Shown: positions 30,300 to 39,826, counted from the stretch's first letter. The stretch is 64,000 bases of DNA from Candidatus Spongiisociaceae bacterium (GCA_965219685.1 CBDCOH010000002.1:960001-1024000); one strand, 5' to 3'. The notes: a model not told the origin generated them from the sequence alone. Numbers and translations: made by a program.

Positions 30300-31325
30300 A
30301 TGACCGTGATGGGTCCGGTCGCCACCGACGAGCTTGGAGTCACCCTGGTTCACGAGCATGTCTTCCTCGATATGCGTCAGTCGTACGACGAGCCCCATCC
30401 CCATGCGCAATACGGCCCGCCGGAGATTCACATGCTGGGCGAGTGGCGCCGTGACTACTCCAAGTTCCCGGACTTCATGGTCCTCGACGACGTGGAGACG
30501 GCTGTCTCCGAGATATCCAGGTTCGCGGAACACGGTGGGAAGACCATTGTGGACGCTACCCCGATCGGTGCCCGCCCCCGGTCCCGTCGCCTCTACCCGA
30601 CCGGGCTCAGGCGAGTCGCAGCGAGGGCCGGCGTCAATGTGATCGCAGGTTGTGGCTATTACATCCAAGCCTCCCATCCGGAGTACGTCAGGACGTCCAG
30701 CATCCGGTCCCTCGCAGAGAGGATCGTTTCGGAGGTGGAGGACGGCATCGAGGGGACCGGTATCAGGCCCGGTGTGATCGGCGAGATCGGGCTCAGCCAG
30801 CCGGTGGCAGATGACGAGTGGAAGGTTCTCCAAGCAGCTTGCGAGGCCCAGAGGCGAACGGGACTCCCGCTCTACATCCATCCCTATTTCGGGGCGAGGA
30901 GCAGGATCGCTCCTGACGTTGCCAGGTTCGTGCTGCGCAACGGTGTGGATCCGGAGAAGATCAACATGTGCCACATGGACGGATACATGAACCTGGACTA
31001 CCAGAGACGGGTGGCGGACCTCGGTGTGTTCATCTCGTTCGACAACTTCGGCTTGGAGAACTACTACGACTCCATCGACTTCAGCTACAACAGCCACGAC
31101 TCACGGCGTCACGAACACTTGCTGAAGCTTCTGGCGCTCGGCTATCGCGACCAGATCCTGGTGTCCCAGGACACCTGCTACAAGACCCAGCTGACGCGGT
31201 ACGGAGGGTACGGGTACGCACACGTCATACGCAATATCGTGCCTGCCCTGCGCCACGCCGGGGTTGACGATGCCACGGTGGAACGCATCCTGGTCGAGAA
31301 TCCGGGTCGCCTGCTTCGCCGGTAG
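30300..31325 (+). CDS. Phosphotriesterase-like amidohydrolase
   Basis: TVMGP..LGVTLVHEH, IGEIG, IHP, CHMD, SQD, GGYGY, NP.RLL. Start uncertain (TTG 30237 possible). Confidence 0.9.
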   Translation: MTVMGPVATDELGVTLVHEHVFLDMRQSYDEPHPHAQYGPPEIHMLGEWRRDYSKFPDFMVLDDVETAVSEISRFAEHGGKTIVDATPIGARPRSRRLYPTGLRRVAARAGVNVIAGCGYYIQASHPEYVRTSSIRSLAERIVSEVEDGIEGTGIRPGVIGEIGLSQPVADDEWKVLQAACEAQRRTGLPLYIHPYFGARSRIAPDVARFVLRNGVDPEKINMCHMDGYMNLDYQRRVADLGVFISFDNFGLENYYDSIDFSYNSHDSRRHEHLLKLLALGYRDQILVSQDTCYKTQLTRYGGYGYAHVIRNIVPALRHAGVDDATVERILVENPGRLLRR

Positions 31326-31570
31326 CCGCCAAGCGCAACCGGATAGAACGCCGGAACCATGAACGGCGGCCTCACCTTCGGAAGCGGATACCTCCGGCAA
31401 CTTCGATTCCAGCTTTTGCCGTGCGACGTCCGCAAGCCCTGCTGGACCAACCGGTGTCCAGGCCGATGAGCCCACTGCCGGAGTACGCGCGAAGCGATGA
31501 GGATCCGGTCGCACGGTGGGATGTCCACCGGGTGTGTATTGTCGGTCCGATACTCAGTTGGGGGTGACCG

Positions 31571-33268
31571 ATGGCCGAGTCGGCGTTTCTTCCCGCCGGG
31601 ATCGATGTCCGCAACAACGTGCGGGTGCCGATGCGCGACGGGGTCGAGACCTCCGTCGACATCTACTTCCCGGCCGGGGGTGGCGGACCGTTCCCGGTGA
31701 TCCTGGCGCGGACGCCCTATGACAACATGGCGGAGTTCCTGGTCGATTCGGCTGTGTTCTTCGCCCAGAACGGCTACGTCTTCGCCGCTCAGGACTGCCG
31801 GGGGCGCAACGATTCGGACGGCCGTTTCAACCCGTGGATCCAGGAGTACGAGGACGGGCACGACACCATCGAGTGGATCGGCTCCCAGCCCTGGTGCGAC
31901 GGCAACATCGGCATGCACGGCGCCTCGTACCCGGGCGGTGTGCAGTGGATGGCGGCTGTGATGGGCAGCCCGTATCTGAAGGCGATCGTGCCACGGGTGA
32001 TCGGCGACGATCTCCACGGTTCTCTGCACTACCAGGGCGGGGCATTCACCCTGCATTTCGCCTCCACCTGGAGTTTCCGGATGGGCGGGCGCACCTGGCA
32101 GCTCATCGACCGGTTCAACTGGAGGCGCATCTTCTCGGTGCTGCCCGTGCGGACGATCCCGGAGTTCGGAGGTAAGGTTCTCGACTTCTTCCAGAGGTGG
32201 CTCGACCATCCTGACTACGACGACTACTGGAAGGCGATGGCTATCAAGGAGCAGTACGAGAGGGTGAAGATCCCAGTGCTGCAGATCGGCGGCTGGTACG
32301 ACATCTTCGCCGGCGGCACCATGAACAACTTCGTCGGGATGCGACAGCGGGGCGGGTCGGAACTCGCCCGGAACCACCAGCGGGTCGTCATGGGGCCATG
32401 GCATCACCATACCAACACCGAGACCCACGCCGGTGAGGTCGACTTCGGCACGGCGTCGGTGCTGGATCTGGACCAGATCCAGTTGCGATGGTACGACCAC
32501 TGGCTGAAGGGGAAGGACAACGGGGTCGACTCCGACCCGCCGCTGCGTATCTACACGATGGGCACCGACGAGTGGCGAGACGAGCACGAGTGGCCGCTGG
32601 CGCGGACCGAGTTCACCCCGTGGTACTTCCACAGCGGCGGGTCCGCCAACTCGTTGCTGGGCGACGGAACGCTGTCGTCCGACCCGCCGGGCGACGAGCC
32701 CGCCGACGAGTACGTGTACAACCCGGAGTTCCCGACGCCCACGGTGGGGGGCGCCACGTGTTGCACCCCCGAGATCGTGGATTGGGGTTCCTTCGACCAG
32801 CGCCCGGTCGAGTACCGCAACGATGTCCTGGTGTACACGTCGGAACCGCTGGAGGCCGATCTGGAGGCGACCGGGCCGGTGGTCGTCAAGCTGTTCGCCG
32901 CCACCGACGGGAGGGACACGGACTTCACCGCCAAGTTGGTCGACGTCCACCCGGACGGGTACGCCAGGAACCTGTGCGACGGGATCATCCGCGGCCGCTA
33001 CCGGGAAGGCGCCGAACGGCAGGTGCTGCTGGAACCCGGTGAGGTGTACGAGTTCACCATCGATCTGTGGGTGACCAGCAACGTGTTCAAGGCAGGCCAC
33101 CGCATAAGGGTCGAGATCGCCAGCAGCAACTTCCCCCGGTTCGACCGCAACCTCAACACGGGCAAGCCGACCGCCGACGACGACCGGATCCGGATCGCCC
33201 ACCAGGTCGTCCACCACGACCCGACCCGGCCCTCCCGCATAATCCTGCCGGTGATACCCACGGGCTGA
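31571..33268 (+). CDS. CocE/NonD family serine hydrolase
   Basis: MRDGV, RTPY, QDCRGR, GASYPG nucleophile, GGWYD, GPWHH, SSNFPRFDRN. Confidence 0.94.
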   Translation: MAESAFLPAGIDVRNNVRVPMRDGVETSVDIYFPAGGGGPFPVILARTPYDNMAEFLVDSAVFFAQNGYVFAAQDCRGRNDSDGRFNPWIQEYEDGHDTIEWIGSQPWCDGNIGMHGASYPGGVQWMAAVMGSPYLKAIVPRVIGDDLHGSLHYQGGAFTLHFASTWSFRMGGRTWQLIDRFNWRRIFSVLPVRTIPEFGGKVLDFFQRWLDHPDYDDYWKAMAIKEQYERVKIPVLQIGGWYDIFAGGTMNNFVGMRQRGGSELARNHQRVVMGPWHHHTNTETHAGEVDFGTASVLDLDQIQLRWYDHWLKGKDNGVDSDPPLRIYTMGTDEWRDEHEWPLARTEFTPWYFHSGGSANSLLGDGTLSSDPPGDEPADEYVYNPEFPTPTVGGATCCTPEIVDWGSFDQRPVEYRNDVLVYTSEPLEADLEATGPVVVKLFAATDGRDTDFTAKLVDVHPDGYARNLCDGIIRGRYREGAERQVLLEPGEVYEFTIDLWVTSNVFKAGHRIRVEIASSNFPRFDRNLNTGKPTADDDRIRIAHQVVHHDPTRPSRIILPVIPTG

Positions 33269-33593
33269 ACCCGGCACTTCGTAGGGTCGGGATCGCCTCG
33301 GGACGTCGCCAATGGTCTGACGGAGGATCGTTGCCCGGAGCCGGTCGACGGGCGTTACATGGATGCGGTCTCGGGGTGGCCGACCTCCTGGCGGGAACAA
33401 GGCGCTGGTCCCGCTCTCTTAGACGAGTAGCTCCAAGGGATCTGACCGGAAGCGACCGTACTCTACCAGTTGCTACACAACGCTGCACAACACACCTGTA
33501 AGTTGTATGCGTATGTTCCTGGACTCGGACCCCTCACAGCCACATTCGGGAATAGCTCCCCTCCCGCGTAACCGCGAAACCCAAACGGTGCGA

Positions 33594-33672
33594 TGGAGGC
33601 GGTAAATTATCCAACTTCACGGCAACTACCGATGACCAACTACAGACTACCGACTGGGAACTAGTCATCTAG
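33594..33672 (-). repeat. Family A TAG-rich intergenic repeat, copy 3
   Basis: Reverse complement ctagatgactagttcccagtcggtagtctgtagttggtcatcggtag...ggataatttaccgcctcca aligns with 15494-15580. Confidence 0.8.
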
Positions 33673-33802
33673 CGATTGTGGCACTCTCCGGGTTGGTCGC
33701 GGAGGGCTGTTCGGCCATCGGTGGCAGATCGCCGGGAGCCTTGCGGCTAGCCTGAGTGGCGATCGCGATCCGCGGGTGACACCTAGCAAGAGTGAGGTTC
33801 TC

Positions 33803-35239
33803 ATGCGTCCTACCGTTGCTGACCTTCCATGGGGTTTGCTGCCGGAACCCGTGACCAGGCGGCTCGCCGACTGGTCGTACGAACTCTCATATCGCGACCT
33901 GGATGATGAGGTCCGCGAGGGTGTTGTGCGGCTGTGCCGGGACTTCGTCGTGATCTCGCTGGCGGCGTCGACCGGTCGGGGCGTGGGCGAGTCGTCCGGT
34001 CCCGGGCTGGAGCCCTTGGTCAGGTTGGCGGCGCTCAATCCGGGGCCCTGCACCATCCTCGGACGGGACGTCACAACCACTCCCCAGCACGCGGCCATCG
34101 TCAACGGGGCGTACGCTCACACCCTCAACCTGATGGACGTGCACCGCTGGAGCGCCCCGACCCACATCTGTCCCGGTGTCTTCCCGGCCGTCTTCGCACT
34201 GGCCGAGACGAGGCAGGTGTCGTTCCCCGAGTTCGCGGTGGCTGTAGCGGTGGGTGTGGAGGGGATAGCCAAGCTGGGCATGGCCCTCAACGTCGGGCAG
34301 GGCGTGATCGACACCACCGACGCCAACGCTCCCGGAGCCGCCCTCGCGGGAGCCAAGCTCCTCGGTCTGGACCGGGAGGGCCACGCCGACGCCCTCGGCA
34401 TCGGCGCTTACCTGGCCGTCGGCGGCACGATCTCCCTGGAGCTGACCTCCCCCGGCTACTGGTGCCGGCCGATGCTGAGCGGGTGGCAGCCCGGCACGGG
34501 CGTGATCTCGGCCATGCTGGCCCGCGAGGGGCTAAGGGGATCCCCCCGGATCCTGGAGGCGCCCACCGGCTTCCTGAACGCGCGGAGCCTGGTCCCCGAC
34601 ACCGCTCCCCTGTCGCAACTGGGCGATCCTTTCGAGGTGACCAGGGTCGGTTTGAAGCCGTACCCGACCACCCGCTACCTCCACTCCGAGATCGAGGCGC
34701 TGCTACGGATAGTCGTGGACGAGGACCTGTCGCCGGCGGACGTGGCTCGGGTGGTGATCGAGAAGCCCCGGTCGATGCACCTGGTCACGGGCACGGACGA
34801 CCGCCGCGACCCGGCCGCCCCGGAGGTGGCCCGCCTCAGTTCATTCTTCTTCGCCGCCAAGGTTGTCAAGGATCGCCGGGCCTGGCTGGATGCGCTGGAA
34901 CCCGGCTCGCTCCACGATCCCGGGACGAAGGAGTTGATGGACCGGGTGGAGTGCCGGCCGGCGGCTGACCTGGACGCCTTCTTCCCCGACGGGTTGCCGG
35001 CCCGGGTCACGGTGGAGAAGAAGGACGGGTCGTCCTCGACCCGGACCATCCACCATCCCAGGGGCGAGCCGGAGCGGCCCCTGTCCGAGGCGCAACTCAT
35101 GGCCAAGTACGACGGTCTGTACGACTACTGCCTGGCGGATTCGATACCGAGGGCCCGGTTCGACGAGATCCTGGCCCGCTGCTCGGAATTGGGGAACGAG
35201 TCGGACATCGGTGCGTTCGTGGCATCCCTCCGCGGCTAG
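33803..35239 (+). CDS. MmgE/PrpD family protein (second, divergent)
   Basis: AAIVNGAYAHTLNLMDVH, LKPYPT..Y.H, PRGEPERPLS; GAGGT RBS before ATG 33803. Confidence 0.88.
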   Translation: MRPTVADLPWGLLPEPVTRRLADWSYELSYRDLDDEVREGVVRLCRDFVVISLAASTGRGVGESSGPGLEPLVRLAALNPGPCTILGRDVTTTPQHAAIVNGAYAHTLNLMDVHRWSAPTHICPGVFPAVFALAETRQVSFPEFAVAVAVGVEGIAKLGMALNVGQGVIDTTDANAPGAALAGAKLLGLDREGHADALGIGAYLAVGGTISLELTSPGYWCRPMLSGWQPGTGVISAMLAREGLRGSPRILEAPTGFLNARSLVPDTAPLSQLGDPFEVTRVGLKPYPTTRYLHSEIEALLRIVVDEDLSPADVARVVIEKPRSMHLVTGTDDRRDPAAPEVARLSSFFFAAKVVKDRRAWLDALEPGSLHDPGTKELMDRVECRPAADLDAFFPDGLPARVTVEKKDGSSSTRTIHHPRGEPERPLSEAQLMAKYDGLYDYCLADSIPRARFDEILARCSELGNESDIGAFVASLRG

Positions 35240-35296
35240 TGGTCCTGATCGGAAGGTGTGCCAACCCCACGGGTGACGAACGGAAGGAGGCGTGAC

Positions 35297-35719
35297 ATGT
35301 CGCTCAGTGCGGCCGACAAGATCGAGATCCAGGAACTGGTCGCCAGATACAACCGGGCCATCGACTCGGGCGATGTCGAGGGCTGGGTGGAGACATTCGT
35401 GCCTGACGGGGTGTTCGAGGGGCTGGTGGTCCCCACCTTCCGCGGCCACGACGAGCTGAGAGCCTTCGCCACCGCTTTCTGGACCGAACCCGAGTACGCC
35501 GAGTGGCGCGGGGCCCAGCACTGGACCATCAACATGATCATCGACGGTGAGGGCGACAGCGCGACCCTTTTCGCGTACCACATCATGTTCAAGCCCGATG
35601 GGCCGGGTGCCGATCCGGCCCTCATGTGCGCGTACGATGACGAACTGGTCAGGGTGGACGGGGGGTGGAGGTTCTCCCGTCGCCGGGTGGTCGAGTTCCC
35701 CGGCGACCTCGCTCCCTGA
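35297..35719 (+). CDS. SnoaL-like/NTF2-family protein
   Basis: DKIEIQELVARYNRAID...F..DG...H...N...YDDELVR..GGWRF; AAGGAGG RBS. Confidence 0.9.
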   Translation: MSLSAADKIEIQELVARYNRAIDSGDVEGWVETFVPDGVFEGLVVPTFRGHDELRAFATAFWTEPEYAEWRGAQHWTINMIIDGEGDSATLFAYHIMFKPDGPGADPALMCAYDDELVRVDGGWRFSRRRVVEFPGDLAP

Positions 35720-35756
35720 CGCCTGTCGAACCCCTTGCAGTTCCGGGTCGCAGCTT

Positions 35757-36797
35757 TCAGCCGGCCAGCGAGTCCAGTATGTGCATGATGCCGTCCCGCG
35801 CCTCCGGGTTGGGCAGGTAGCTCCGGAATCCCGGATACAGGGGGAAGATGATCGGCAGGGTGATCCCGGCCGCCCGGTAGACATCGATCTTCTCCCGGCA
35901 CATCTCCGGCGTGCCGTAGACGGTCACCGCGTCGGCCATCTCGTCGTCGATCAGGTCCACCGCGGCCTCCATGTCTCCCGCATCGACCCGTTCGGCGACC
36001 CGGCGAGCGATCTCACCCTTGCCGCGGCGGTCGAAGTAGGTGCGGTAATAGTGGTACGAGGACATGTGGATGGCCACGTCGTACTTGGCGGCAAGCTTGG
36101 CGGTCTCCACGTCCTCGCTGACCGAAGTGGGTAGGTAGCAGGCGAGTTCGACCTCGGCCGGGTCCCGACCGACCTGGGCGGCCCCTCGGGCCACCGCCTC
36201 CTTCATGGTCGGAACGAAGTCCAGCGGGACGAAGATGGGCGCCACGCCGTCGGCGATCTCGCCGGCCAGCTCGAAGGTCTTCTCAGCGAGCGCGCCGTAG
36301 AAGATCTCAATGTTGTCCCGGTACGGCCCCAGCCACGGTTCGTAGTCGCGGACATGGAATACCTCGCCGTCGTAGCGGACGGGTTCGCCCCTGTAGGCGC
36401 CCTTGATGATGGCGCGGGTCAACTCCGTCGTCTCGCGCAGCCTCAGAAGGGGACGCTCGAACGGGGAGGGCCGGTGCTTCTCCACGTCGTCGCGCATCAG
36501 GTGGATCTCCCGGTGGCCGACCCCAAGACCCAGCCGGAAGCGTCCCTCGGATATCGAGTCGACTGTGGCCGCGGCGATGGCGATGGTGGTCGGGTTGCGG
36601 GTGAAGACGGTTGCCACCCCGGTTCCCAGGAGGATCTGCTCCGTCTCGCGCGCGCAGGCTGCCAGGAAGCAGAAGGCGTCCGAGAAGCTCTCGATGATGT
36701 ACGCGGACTCGTACCCCCTCCGGTCGGCCAGCTTCACCACGTCGACCAGGTCGTTGATCGGCATTCCACCCCAGAGCCCCACTCCGAGTCTGTCCAT
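35757..36797 (-). CDS. LLM-class flavin (possibly F420)-dependent oxidoreductase
   Basis: LGTGV..RNP..A.T.D.IS.GRFRLGLGVG, LAGEIADG, GTPE.CREKI. Confidence 0.9.
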   Translation of the reverse strand: MDRLGVGLWGGMPINDLVDVVKLADRRGYESAYIIESFSDAFCFLAACARETEQILLGTGVATVFTRNPTTIAIAAATVDSISEGRFRLGLGVGHREIHLMRDDVEKHRPSPFERPLLRLRETTELTRAIIKGAYRGEPVRYDGEVFHVRDYEPWLGPYRDNIEIFYGALAEKTFELAGEIADGVAPIFVPLDFVPTMKEAVARGAAQVGRDPAEVELACYLPTSVSEDVETAKLAAKYDVAIHMSSYHYYRTYFDRRGKGEIARRVAERVDAGDMEAAVDLIDDEMADAVTVYGTPEMCREKIDVYRAAGITLPIIFPLYPGFRSYLPNPEARDGIMHILDSLAG

Positions 36798-36886
36798 ACG
36801 TAATCCCTTCTTTGCTCTTGGTCCTGGTTCTGTCAGCCCGCGGGCCGCCAGACGACCCGCGGATCGCGAATATTCCCCGACACCAA

Positions 36887-37095
36887 GGGGTTGACCCTGT
36901 CACACCCAGCCCGCACACCAAGTGACACCAAGCACCTGTGCGGTATCGAAAGCGACGTCATTCGACTGCCCCGAGGGTCATCGAGTTCGGACCGGTCTTT
37001 CAGCGCCGCAGATGCCGGTGCCACGCGTCCGGAACCCAGGAAAGGTGGTGGCGGGGGTGGGCCCGGCGAAGGAGTCGGCGGGGTCGTTTTTCGCG
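36887..37095 (+). repeat. ~200-bp promoter-hairpin-terminator element, copy 2
   Basis: GGGGTTGACC-C-TGTCAC-N10-CACACC..CAAGCACC, hairpin GCGGTATCGAA/TTCGACTGC, AGGTGGTGG..GGGCCC, then GTTTTTCGCG. Confidence 0.75.
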
Positions 37096-37149
37096 ACCTG
37101 GGGGTGTTTCGGGGTCTTGAGCGGTTGGCGTGCCGGTCTCCTCGCATGG

Positions 37150-38160
37150 TCACCGGGGCGTCCGGTCCGTGGTTCCGCCCGATTGGTCGGGATCCTGCCT
37201 GCGGTCCCCGGGGCGGGTGGCGCGGGCCAGGAGTTGGGTGTCGGCTGCGAACTCCCCGGATCGTATGCACGACACCGAGTGCTGGTCGCCGTAGTCCTCC
37301 TCGGGCGGCTCCGCTTCAGAACATGCTTCGATGGACCAGGGGCAACGGGGTTCGAGAGGGCATCCCGGAGGGCGGTCCATGGGGCTCGGGATCTCCCCGG
37401 TGAGCTCCACCGGCGCCATCGGGACCGACGGGTCCAGTTCCAACGCCGATTCCATCAGTGCCCGCGTGTAGGGGTGCAGGGGGTCCACGAACAGCCGGTC
37501 GGTGGGGCCCCGCTCGACGATCTTGCCGAGGTACATGATGGCCACCCGTTCGGTGACCGACCGGATCGCGAGCAGGTCGTGGCTGATAAGCAGGATGGCG
37601 GTGGAGGAGTTGCCGCGAAGCTGCTTGATCAACTCCAGGACTCCCGCACGAGCGTCCGGGTCCAGCGCGGTGGTCGGCTCGTCGAGGATCAGCAGGTCCG
37701 GTTCGAGGATGAGCGCGCGGGCGATCGAGGCCCGCTGCAGCAACTCCTCGGGGAGGCCGTCGCAGTCGAGCAGCAGGTGCGTCCGGTCGAGGCCGACCAG
37801 CGCAGCGGCATCCTCCACCCTGGTCGCCAGCCGGGGACCCCTCCGCATGCCGTGGGCGAGGAGTGGATCGGCTATCGCCTCCCACACCTGGAACCGGCGG
37901 TTGACCGAGTCCCTCGGCTCCTGGAAGACCATCCCGACCTGCGCGCCCTCCTTCTCCCAGGAGATGGAACCCCCATCGGGTCTGAGAAGACCGGCCAGGC
38001 ACCTGCCCACGGTGCTCTTCCCGGAACCGCTCTCGCCGATCAACCCCAGGACTTCGCCCTGGTCGATCCGGAAGGAGGCCTCGGCCACAGCCACCAGCCG
38101 GTCCCCTCCCTCTAAACGGAAGACCTTGCGCAAGCCCTCGACGGTGACGACGCGGCTCAT
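37150..38160 (-). CDS. Opp/Dpp-type ABC ATPase with C-terminal Cys4 domain and degenerate signature
   Basis: GESGSGKST, MVFQEP, ILDEPT, ISHDL, HPYTRAL, GCP..PRCP....C...C. LPEEL stands in place of LSGGQ. Start ATG 38160 (TGATG overlap). Confidence 0.9.
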   Translation of the reverse strand: MSRVVTVEGLRKVFRLEGGDRLVAVAEASFRIDQGEVLGLIGESGSGKSTVGRCLAGLLRPDGGSISWEKEGAQVGMVFQEPRDSVNRRFQVWEAIADPLLAHGMRRGPRLATRVEDAAALVGLDRTHLLLDCDGLPEELLQRASIARALILEPDLLILDEPTTALDPDARAGVLELIKQLRGNSSTAILLISHDLLAIRSVTERVAIMYLGKIVERGPTDRLFVDPLHPYTRALMESALELDPSVPMAPVELTGEIPSPMDRPPGCPLEPRCPWSIEACSEAEPPEEDYGDQHSVSCIRSGEFAADTQLLARATRPGDRRQDPDQSGGTTDRTPR

Positions 38161-38942
38161 CACACTCTCGCTCGCGCCAGCATCGCGGCTCCGGTCTCGC
38201 TCTCCGGGCCGGAGAAGAACTGCATCGGGTTGGTGTGTTCCACCACCTTGCCGCGGTCCAGGACCGTGATCGTGTCCGCGTAGTGAGCCACGACTCCCAG
38301 ATCCTGGGTGGCGATGACCAGTGTGAAACCCTCCTGCTCGCGGAGGGAGGCGAGGAGGTCCATCAACTGGCGCTGGATGGTCACGTCGAGCCCTCCGGTC
38401 GGGTCGTCGGCCGCGAGGACGGTGGGCTTGAGGAGCAGGGCGAAGCTGAGCAGCACCCGCTTGCGCATCCCGCCGCTGAGCTCGTCGGGCAACGATGCGA
38501 GCACGCGGTCGGGGTCGGCGATGCCCAGATCCAGGAGGGCGGTGCGGGCCTGGTCGTGAATGGTGGCCTTCCGCCGGGATCTCCGCGTGCCGTGGTGGTC
38601 GAGAACGGAGCAGACATCCTCGAAGTGGCGTCCCACCCTGATGACCGGGTTCAGGGCTTCCCGGCCGGAGGCGGGCACGAACAGCAGGCGCCTGCGCCTC
38701 ATGACCAGCCGCTCGGCTGCGGCGACGGTGGCAGGCTCCAGGCCGTCGACCCGCATACGGCCGGTGACCACTGCGGACGAGGGCCACATACCCACGAGGG
38801 CGCGGAGCAGCACGGTCTTGCCCGCCTCCCGTTCGCCGATGAAGGCATGGATCAGGCCGGGCGCCAGCTCGAAGTCGACCTCGTCGAGGAGGCGCTTGTC
38901 GCCGATCGCGAGCGTGAACCCCTCAGCGGTGATGCCGCTCAT
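38160..38942 (-). CDS. Opp/Dpp-type ABC ATPase with degenerate Walker/Q-loop/H-switch residues
   Basis: GEREAGKT, FVPAS (no Gln), intact LSGGMRKR, AADDPT, ATQDL. Start ATG 38942. Confidence 0.88.
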   Translation of the reverse strand: MSGITAEGFTLAIGDKRLLDEVDFELAPGLIHAFIGEREAGKTVLLRALVGMWPSSAVVTGRMRVDGLEPATVAAAERLVMRRRRLLFVPASGREALNPVIRVGRHFEDVCSVLDHHGTRRSRRKATIHDQARTALLDLGIADPDRVLASLPDELSGGMRKRVLLSFALLLKPTVLAADDPTGGLDVTIQRQLMDLLASLREQEGFTLVIATQDLGVVAHYADTITVLDRGKVVEHTNPMQFFSGPESETGAAMLARARV

Positions 38943-39826
38943 CCGAACACCCGCGCGGCCCACCGGTGTGACCTCGACAGGGCGCCGGAGCCGGCCCGTG
39001 ACGGCGCCTCCCGGAGTCCCTCCCCGAGGAGCGAGAAACCGAAGATGGTGAAGGCCAGGGACAGCCCGGGGAACACCGACGGCCACCACTCCCCCGTTCC
39101 CAGTTGGTTGGATCCCTCGGAGATCATCACGCCCCACTCGGCGGTCGGTAGCCGCACGCCGGCGCCCACGAAGCTGAGCCCCGCGGTGAGCAGGATCGAG
39201 AAGCCGATCATCACCGAGACCAGCGAGGCGGCCGGGCCCAGAGCGTTGGGCAGGACGTGGCGGAAGGCGATGCGCAGCCGGCTCCAACCGGCGATGGTGG
39301 CAGCCTCCACGAAGGGCTCCTCGCGCAGCACCAGGATCCCGGTCCGGATCTGGCGAACGAAGACGGGAGTGTTGACGAAGGCCAGGCCCAGTATCAGGTT
39401 GACGGGACCGGCCCCGAGCACCGCCACCAGGGCCAGGGCGAACACGAACACGGGGAACGCCTGCATCACGTCCATGCCCCGCATGATCACCTGGGCCGAG
39501 AAGCCTCCGAGGCGACCGCGGTCCTCGAACATACCGGCGATGGTCCCCAGCGGGATACCGATGACGAAGGCCAGCAGGGTGGCGGCCAGCCCGACCGTCA
39601 GGTCGACCCGGGGCGCGTGCAGGGTGCGGCTGAGCACGTCCATTCCCCGCCGGTCGGTTCCGAACGGGAAGTCCCCGCCCGGGGCGGCCAGCAACTCCCC
39701 GGTCAGTTCCTCCGAGCCGTACGGCGAGATCACGGGGGCAAAGAGGGCAAGCAGGATCATCAGGCCCACCACGGCGGCGCCGCACACCGTCTTCGCCCCG
39801 TGCTGCTCGATCAACCTCCGGATCAT
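38939..39826 (-). CDS. Peptide/nickel ABC permease (OppC/DppC-like)
   Basis: FGTDRRGMDVLSR, FVEAA..AG..RI.FRHVLPN, LSFVGAG, EWG.MI. Confidence 0.92.
   Translation of the reverse strand: MIRRLIEQHGAKTVCGAAVVGLMILLALFAPVISPYGSEELTGELLAAPGGDFPFGTDRRGMDVLSRTLHAPRVDLTVGLAATLLAFVIGIPLGTIAGMFEDRGRLGGFSAQVIMRGMDVMQAFPVFVFALALVAVLGAGPVNLILGLAFVNTPVFVRQIRTGILVLREEPFVEAATIAGWSRLRIAFRHVLPNALGPAASLVSVMIGFSILLTAGLSFVGAGVRLPTAEWGVMISEGSNQLGTGEWWPSVFPGLSLAFTIFGFSLLGEGLREAPSRAGSGALSRSHRWAARVFG

Noticed and set aside
31178-33400. Long antisense ORFs (also 2087..3613, 24643..26337, 38235..39893, 51015..53324)
   Set aside because: Shadow frames of well-supported genes in high-GC DNA, with no recognisable motifs.
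24892-35239. MmgE/PrpD genes as prpD of the methylcitrate cycle
   Set aside because: No prpB or prpC nearby and the neighbours are unrelated, so no gene symbol was assigned.
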